A stretch of 41,980 nucleotides of DNA from an archaeon (GTDB taxonomy: Archaea > B1Sed10-29 > JAJSAI01): assembly GCA_024274695.1 (NCBI GenBank), contig JAJSAI010000023.1, positions 1-41,980 of the forward strand. The letters are read 5' to 3'. Both the position numbers and the translations under genes were made by a program. The number at the start of each line of letters is the position of its first letter. The stretch's first letter is position 1. Shown here piece by piece: positions 37,121 through 41,980 of this stretch. The notes under the pieces were generated by a model. That model did not search any database and was not told the DNA's origin. It saw only the letters and a list, made by a program, of their open reading frames with translations.

Positions 37121-38869
37121 TTGAGAATCGCGGTTATTGACAAGAAAAAATGCCAGCCGAAAAAGTGCGCTCACGAGTGCGAAAAGTACTGCCCCGGAGT
37201 CAGGATGGGTGACGAGACGGTCACGTTCGATCCTGAAACAGGGTACCCTGTAATAGACGAGAACCTCTGCACCGGATGCGGGATATGCGTTAAGAGATGC
37301 CCGTTTGGGGCCATAAGCATTATCAACCTTCCAGAGGCTGTGGGAAAACCCGTTCACCAGTACGGAAAGAATGGGTTCAGGCTCTTCGGGCTCCCTGTTC
37401 CTAGGAAAGGAATCGTTGGGATCATAGGACGTAACGGGACTGGGAAGACCACCCTGCTGAAGATCTTGTCAGGAACCCTTGTGCCCAACCTAGGTCACGA
37501 GAAACTAGAGTACTGGGGACCTGTCCTGGAAAAGTTCAAGAGGAGCGAGACAGGGAAGTACCTGGAACTTGTGGCGAACAAGAGGGCAAAACTGGCAGTA
37601 AAGCCTCAGGAAGTTGACATGATACCAAAGGTTTTCAAGGGGACTGTCAGGGACCTTATAGAAAAATATGATGAGACTGGTCAGGGCAGGGAGCTTGCGA
37701 AAGAACTCGGGCTCTCGGAATGCCTTGACACCCCAGTGTCCAGAGTGAGCGGAGGAGAACTACAAAGGGCCGCGATAGTGTCCACGATGTCCCGGGACGC
37801 GGAGTACTTCTTCTTTGACGAGCCAAGCTCTTTCCTTGACGTGAAGCAAAGGATAAAAATGGCGAGGCTCATCAGGGAACGCCTCGGGAACAAGCACGTT
37901 TTTGTCATAGAGCACGACCTTGCAGTGCTCGATTACCTCACAGACTATGTTCACATAGTCTACGGCAAGCCTGGAGCATACGGGATAGTCTCGGGACTCA
38001 AGCCGAGCAGGAGCGGGATAAACGAGTTCCTGGAAGGGTACCTGAAAGCAGAGAATGTTAGGATAAGAGAGTACGCTATAAGGTTTGAGGCAAGGCCCCC
38101 AGCGGACGCTTGGAAGGGAAAGGAGAGAATTCCTTACAATGGTTTCACCAAAACATTCCCAGGGTTCAGGCTTGAGGCCGAGCCAGGAGAACTGATAAAA
38201 GGAGAAGTCGTCGGAATACTCGGGCCTAACGGGATCGGGAAAACCACTTTCGTGAGAGTGCTTGCCGGAGAGGACAAGCCTGACTCAGGAGAGCCTGGGC
38301 TGTCAGAAACTGTTTCATACAAGCCACAGTACATAAGCATAGAGTACGAGGGGACCGTGAGAGAATGGGTTGCAGAACAGGATATTGACAGGGAATTTTT
38401 CAAGTCAGAATTGGAGCCGATAGTTAGAGACCTGTATGACAAAAGGATTACCGATCTTTCTGGCGGAGAAAAACAGAGGGTCATGACAGCCGTAGCCCTG
38501 GCCAGGAAAGCAGGGATAATGCTCTTGGACGAACCTTCAGCATACCTTGACATAGAACAGAGGCTCGTGATCGCGCAGAAGATAAAAAGGGCCAGCGAAA
38601 AGCGTGAGGCTACGTGCATGGTAGTGGACCATGACATCGTCTTCCAGGACTCTGTGGCTAACAGGATCCTGGTATTCCAGGGCACTCCTGGAAGAGAGGG
38701 TAAGGCCGGAAAGCCTGAGGGCATGGAGGAGGGAATGAACAGGTTCCTGGCAGAAATGCAGATAACCTTCCGCAGGGACATGGAAACCGGAAGACCGAGG
38801 GTTAACAAGCCAGGGTCACAGCTTGACAGGGAGCAGAAGAAAACCGGAAGATATTATTACACTGGATAA
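37121..38869 (+). CDS. rli1: ABCE1/Rli1 ribosome recycling ATPase
   Basis: N-terminal Fe-S cysteines (CQPKKC..EC..YCP, CTGCGICVKRCP), two NBDs (GRNGTGKT, GPNGIGKT, SGGE x2) and RPRVNKPGSQLD. Confidence 0.97.
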   Translation: MRIAVIDKKKCQPKKCAHECEKYCPGVRMGDETVTFDPETGYPVIDENLCTGCGICVKRCPFGAISIINLPEAVGKPVHQYGKNGFRLFGLPVPRKGIVGIIGRNGTGKTTLLKILSGTLVPNLGHEKLEYWGPVLEKFKRSETGKYLELVANKRAKLAVKPQEVDMIPKVFKGTVRDLIEKYDETGQGRELAKELGLSECLDTPVSRVSGGELQRAAIVSTMSRDAEYFFFDEPSSFLDVKQRIKMARLIRERLGNKHVFVIEHDLAVLDYLTDYVHIVYGKPGAYGIVSGLKPSRSGINEFLEGYLKAENVRIREYAIRFEARPPADAWKGKERIPYNGFTKTFPGFRLEAEPGELIKGEVVGILGPNGIGKTTFVRVLAGEDKPDSGEPGLSETVSYKPQYISIEYEGTVREWVAEQDIDREFFKSELEPIVRDLYDKRITDLSGGEKQRVMTAVALARKAGIMLLDEPSAYLDIEQRLVIAQKIKRASEKREATCMVVDHDIVFQDSVANRILVFQGTPGREGKAGKPEGMEEGMNRFLAEMQITFRRDMETGRPRVNKPGSQLDREQKKTGRYYYTG

Positions 38870-38899
38870 TGCGTTTTGCATTGTTCCCACAGGCCCCTT

Positions 38900-39559
38900 T
38901 TACTTTACCGCAAGGACGTAGAATCCTTTTATCCTGCCCTTGCGCATCTCGTGTTCTGTTATAATAACCTGGCCCCAGTCCTTCAAGAGTTCAAGGAGCT
39001 CTTCCTTAGTGAAAAAGTGGTGCAGTTCTTTTATGCCCTTGCCGTATCCGTACTCTTCTGTCAAGAACGTTCCAGGTTCTACCTCCTCGCCCTTCCCGTA
39101 TCTTGAGTCTCCCCTGCTCGGGACGTTGAAAAAGAACAGCCCTCCTTTTCTCAGGACCCTGTGCACTTCCCTGACAGCCTGTTCTATCTCTTTCTTCCTG
39201 GCGTGCGCGAGCGTGGTTATGCAGAGGACAGCGTCAAAGTGGTTGTCTGGGAAGGGTATTCTGATCATGCTGGAGTGCACCAGCTCGGCCTGCAGGCCCT
39301 TTTCCTCCAGCGCCCGCCGGCACATCCTGAGCGCGGTCTCAGAGAGCTCCTGTCCAGACACGTCAAAACCCTGTTCCAGAAGGTACAAGAGGTGCCTCCC
39401 GAACCCGCACCCGAGGTCAAGAATCCTTTTCACTCCCCTTTTTTTGAGCAGGGGCACTATGTCCCTGACCTGCTTCCTAGGGCCCTTCAGAGGCTCGGGG
39501 ATTCCTTCTTTTTCAATCTTCTGGTAGTACTCTTCCCACACTTCTGTCATCAGGATCAT
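38900..39559 (-). CDS. Class I SAM-dependent methyltransferase
   Basis: ILDLGCGFGRH, PFPDNHFDAV and EVHRVLRKGG. Confidence 0.9.
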   Translation of the reverse strand: MILMTEVWEEYYQKIEKEGIPEPLKGPRKQVRDIVPLLKKRGVKRILDLGCGFGRHLLYLLEQGFDVSGQELSETALRMCRRALEEKGLQAELVHSSMIRIPFPDNHFDAVLCITTLAHARKKEIEQAVREVHRVLRKGGLFFFNVPSRGDSRYGKGEEVEPGTFLTEEYGYGKGIKELHHFFTKEELLELLKDWGQVIITEHEMRKGRIKGFYVLAVK

Positions 39560-40809
39560 ATTGTGTTCAAGCTCATTAAAAACGGCATCAGCTCAGGGCC
39601 GGTCATTCGTCCCAGCCTGCCCTGGGAGCATGCTTTTTCCCCGAACTTTCTCACGGGCCCTGGGACGGTGATCCCTCCTGCTATCAGCAGGGGCACGGGA
39701 TCGGACGAATGTGCTTTCAGCTCGCAGGGAGTCGAGTGGTCAGAGGTCACACAGATTAGAGTCCTCTTGAGAAGAGTTTTGGTCAGCAGGCTGCCGAAGA
39801 AGTGCTCGTCTATCCTCCTTATGCTTTCTGCCTTGCCAAGACAATCCCCATCGTGACCGTGCACGTCAGGCCCTTTCAGGTGAACGTACACGAAATCGTT
39901 TTCTTTCAGGGCCTGTTTTGCGAGACCAGCCCGCTTCTCGTATCCTTTGGGCGAATCGTCTGGCGCGAGTCGTTTGACTTTCATTCCAGCCAGCCGGGCT
40001 ATGCCTATCTCCAGTGGCATGTCCGCGATCATAAAAAACCGTTTGCTGTACTCCATTGGCAGGGGCGTGATGTCAGGCAGCCGGTTCCCAGCATCCCTGC
40101 ACAGGACAGTGTTCGCTGGAGGCAACCCTCTCTTTTCTCGTTCTCGGTTGAAGCGCGCGCGGGAAAGCACGCGGTACGCTTTTTCAGTGAACGCGTTAAC
40201 TGCCTCGGCGGCTGGCACCGCGTCCTTGGACAGGGGCCTGCACTTTCTAACTTTCATCATGTAGCGGGGTCTGGCCACGGAGTAGTGGCCCCTCCGGTCG
40301 TAGGCAGGGTCAGTGTTGGTTATCTTGTCGGACAAGGGTCTGCCGTCCCTCCGGCGTATTACCAGGACCCCCCGGTGCCCTGCAGTCATCTTGAACCGGA
40401 GCGTGAACCCGGGGATTTTTATCTTGTTAAGCAGGACCTCTATTTCCCTAGCCTCTTTTTTTGCGATCTTCCTGCCAGCCCTCCTGTCAACCAGTTTGAC
40501 ACCGTCCTCCGAGCTTGCTATGTTGCACCTGAGCGCAAGCTCCCCCTCGTTTATCCTTATCCCCGCGCCCAGAGCCTCTAAGGGACCCCTACCGGTGTAC
40601 TTTTCAGGAGGGTAACCGAGCAGGCTCATGACCGCAATGTCTGACTCTGGAGCAACTCCTGGCACGGGGTGTAGGAGTCCGACCCTGCCGATTGACGCAA
40701 GAAAGTCCAGCCTGGGCGTGTCAGCGTACTCTAGGGGAGTCATACCCCCTAGTGCCTTGACCGGCCTGTCTCCCGCGCCGTCCAGCACGACCAGCAGGAC
40801 CTTCATCAC
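39556..40809 (-). CDS. apgM: 2,3-bisphosphoglycerate-independent phosphoglycerate mutase (archaeal type)
   Basis: LDGAGDRP..LGGMTPLEYA.TP, PESD, YTGRGPLEALG, HLKGPDVHGHDG and TSDHSTPC...HSSDPVP. Confidence 0.93.
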   Translation of the reverse strand: MMKVLLVVLDGAGDRPVKALGGMTPLEYADTPRLDFLASIGRVGLLHPVPGVAPESDIAVMSLLGYPPEKYTGRGPLEALGAGIRINEGELALRCNIASSEDGVKLVDRRAGRKIAKKEAREIEVLLNKIKIPGFTLRFKMTAGHRGVLVIRRRDGRPLSDKITNTDPAYDRRGHYSVARPRYMMKVRKCRPLSKDAVPAAEAVNAFTEKAYRVLSRARFNREREKRGLPPANTVLCRDAGNRLPDITPLPMEYSKRFFMIADMPLEIGIARLAGMKVKRLAPDDSPKGYEKRAGLAKQALKENDFVYVHLKGPDVHGHDGDCLGKAESIRRIDEHFFGSLLTKTLLKRTLICVTSDHSTPCELKAHSSDPVPLLIAGGITVPGPVRKFGEKACSQGRLGRMTGPELMPFLMSLNTI

Positions 40810-40857
40810 AACACCCCAGGATTCAGAAGTTTTTAATAGTTTCCAGACCCCTTAGGT

Positions 40858-41508
40858 ATGATGCTTTTCAGGAAGGGCAAGAAGCAGAGGACGCCCGGAG
40901 AGAAGAAAAGGCTTCCAAGGATACTCGGCGAGTCCAAGGAGGACATCTCAGGAAAGAGACTTAAGGTGGACAGGGTGGTCCTGTCCCCCAGGATATCGCA
41001 GCTCATCCCCATACTCAGAAAACGGCAGGAGAGATTAAGGAGCAGGGGACTGGAAGATCAGATATACCTGACGGGCAGGATAGAAAACAACAGGATAGTT
41101 GTGGAAAATATTGGCCTTATGCCAGCAAGGGATATTGAAAAGTACGCTAAGCGCAACGCGTTCAGAGGGGGAAGGCTCGTGAGCGAGAAGGGAGGTCTGC
41201 CCGAGAACACGGTGGGAATGCTTCATTCTCACGTGGACCAGGTGACCCCTGAACAGGTCCCGAAAGGAGCAGAGGAGGAATTCTGGAAAGAACCGGGCAA
41301 GAAAAGAGGGTACCGGAAGGCAATCCCTTCAGAGGCGGACGTGTTCCATATCACGAGTATTGCCGCGGCAAGAGAAAAGCAGACCAAGGTCATACTCATG
41401 TTTGACCCTGACACTGGAAAACTCGTGGCGTGGGCAGCCCATCCTGACGGTAGCGTGACCAGGATAGACAAGTTCACTCTCAGGCTGGGAAAACGCGGGA
41501 AGCACTAA
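40858..41508 (+). CDS. Hypothetical protein, probable divergent JAB/MPN domain with basic termini
   Basis: LEDQIYLTGRIENNRIVVENI resembles the JAB Glu strand, followed by VGMLHSH, a 32-residue spacer to the Ser of PSEAD, and the hydrophobic strand VILMFD. Lys/Arg-rich N- and C-termini. Confidence 0.65.
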   Translation: MMLFRKGKKQRTPGEKKRLPRILGESKEDISGKRLKVDRVVLSPRISQLIPILRKRQERLRSRGLEDQIYLTGRIENNRIVVENIGLMPARDIEKYAKRNAFRGGRLVSEKGGLPENTVGMLHSHVDQVTPEQVPKGAEEEFWKEPGKKRGYRKAIPSEADVFHITSIAAAREKQTKVILMFDPDTGKLVAWAAHPDGSVTRIDKFTLRLGKRGKH

Positions 41509-41858
41509 ACAACCTGCAGGGGCAGTCTCCTGCCCCTGGAGTCATACGCTCTGACGTTCTCCTCGGTGTACGGCCACCCGATCACCAGGTGCTCTCTTCC
41601 TGTCTTCGCGAACAGTCCCAGGTCAGCCTGACTAGGGACAGGGAGCCCGCGCGGGTGGGAGTGAAACGTCCCGACAGCGTCAGGATATATTGGCAGGTTG
41701 TGCAGTTGCATGTAAATGCTGTCCCGATAGTACTCCCCTGGAAGGAGGATAAAGTCCCTGACAACGTCCTTGCCTAACAGTATTCCCCCAATCTCGTTCG
41801 GGTACGCTTGCCTGCACAGTTCCAGGATCCTCTCCAGAACCTCTTTTTTTATTCTCAT
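41505..41858 (-). CDS. JAMM/MPN+ (Mov34) metalloprotease, archaeal type
   Basis: YPNEIGGILLG and VGTFHSHPRGLPVPSQADL give the canonical E...HxH-x7-S-x2-D motif, followed by HLVIGWPY. Start at ATG 41858. Confidence 0.92.
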   Translation of the reverse strand: MRIKKEVLERILELCRQAYPNEIGGILLGKDVVRDFILLPGEYYRDSIYMQLHNLPIYPDAVGTFHSHPRGLPVPSQADLGLFAKTGREHLVIGWPYTEENVRAYDSRGRRLPLQVV

Positions 41859-41980
41859 AAGACCATCCTCAGCCAGACGGGAAGTATTATCGCGCTCATG
41901 CAATTAATTCTTTCCGCCCGCGCGGACAGGCTCAGTAGGCCTATGCTTGTGCTGGCGAAGAACACGAGCAGGCCAAGCCA
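41855..41980 (-). CDS. 3' end of a membrane protein, resembling the archaeal TctA/DUF112 family C-terminus (partial)
   Basis: Manual translation ...WLGLLVFFASTSIGLLSLSARAERINCMSAIILPVWLRMVL*. ATGA overlap with the JAMM gene. Confidence 0.6.
   Translation of the reverse strand, partial: WLGLLVFFASTSIGLLSLSARAERINCMSAIILPVWLRMVL

Overview
Gene-dense archaeal chromosome segment with many 4-bp start/stop overlaps, GGAG/GGTGA ribosome-binding sites and TTTATAAA-type TATA boxes. Gene content and compactness suggest a small-genome DPANN-type archaeon (inference only). Most of the window is housekeeping: a CaCA antiporter (partial), tldD/pmbA, M18 aminopeptidase, RNase Z, a Nob1-like PIN protein, pheS/pheT, rfcL/rfcS, a YchF-family NTPase, rubrerythrin, Lrp, ogg, an M50 protease, cdc48, radB, a short NFACT-R protein, a macrodomain, topA, a MiaB/MtaB-family methylthiotransferase, YbjQ, Taw3, pelota, ABCE1, a SAM methyltransferase, apgM and a JAMM protease. 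The less ordinary parts are: (1) a stand-alone 99-aa Lys/Thr polymer protein resembling a histone H1 tail, with an exact 92-bp internal duplication; (2) a cluster of 6-7 small type IV pilin-like genes, two of them absent from the ORF track; (3) a divergent JAB/MPN-like protein with a ~25-aa insertion in its metal motif, tail-to-tail with a canonical JAMM gene; (4) an exact 59-bp identity between the D1 and D2 Walker A regions of cdc48; (5) a Ptr2-like operator in the rubrerythrin/Lrp-ogg divergon; (6) a concentration of ribosome rescue and quality-control genes; (7) two large surface proteins sharing a Cys-paired Ig-like repeat. I found no tRNA, rRNA, CRISPR array, integrase or transposase. 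All calls come from reading the sequence and motifs by eye, without database searches.
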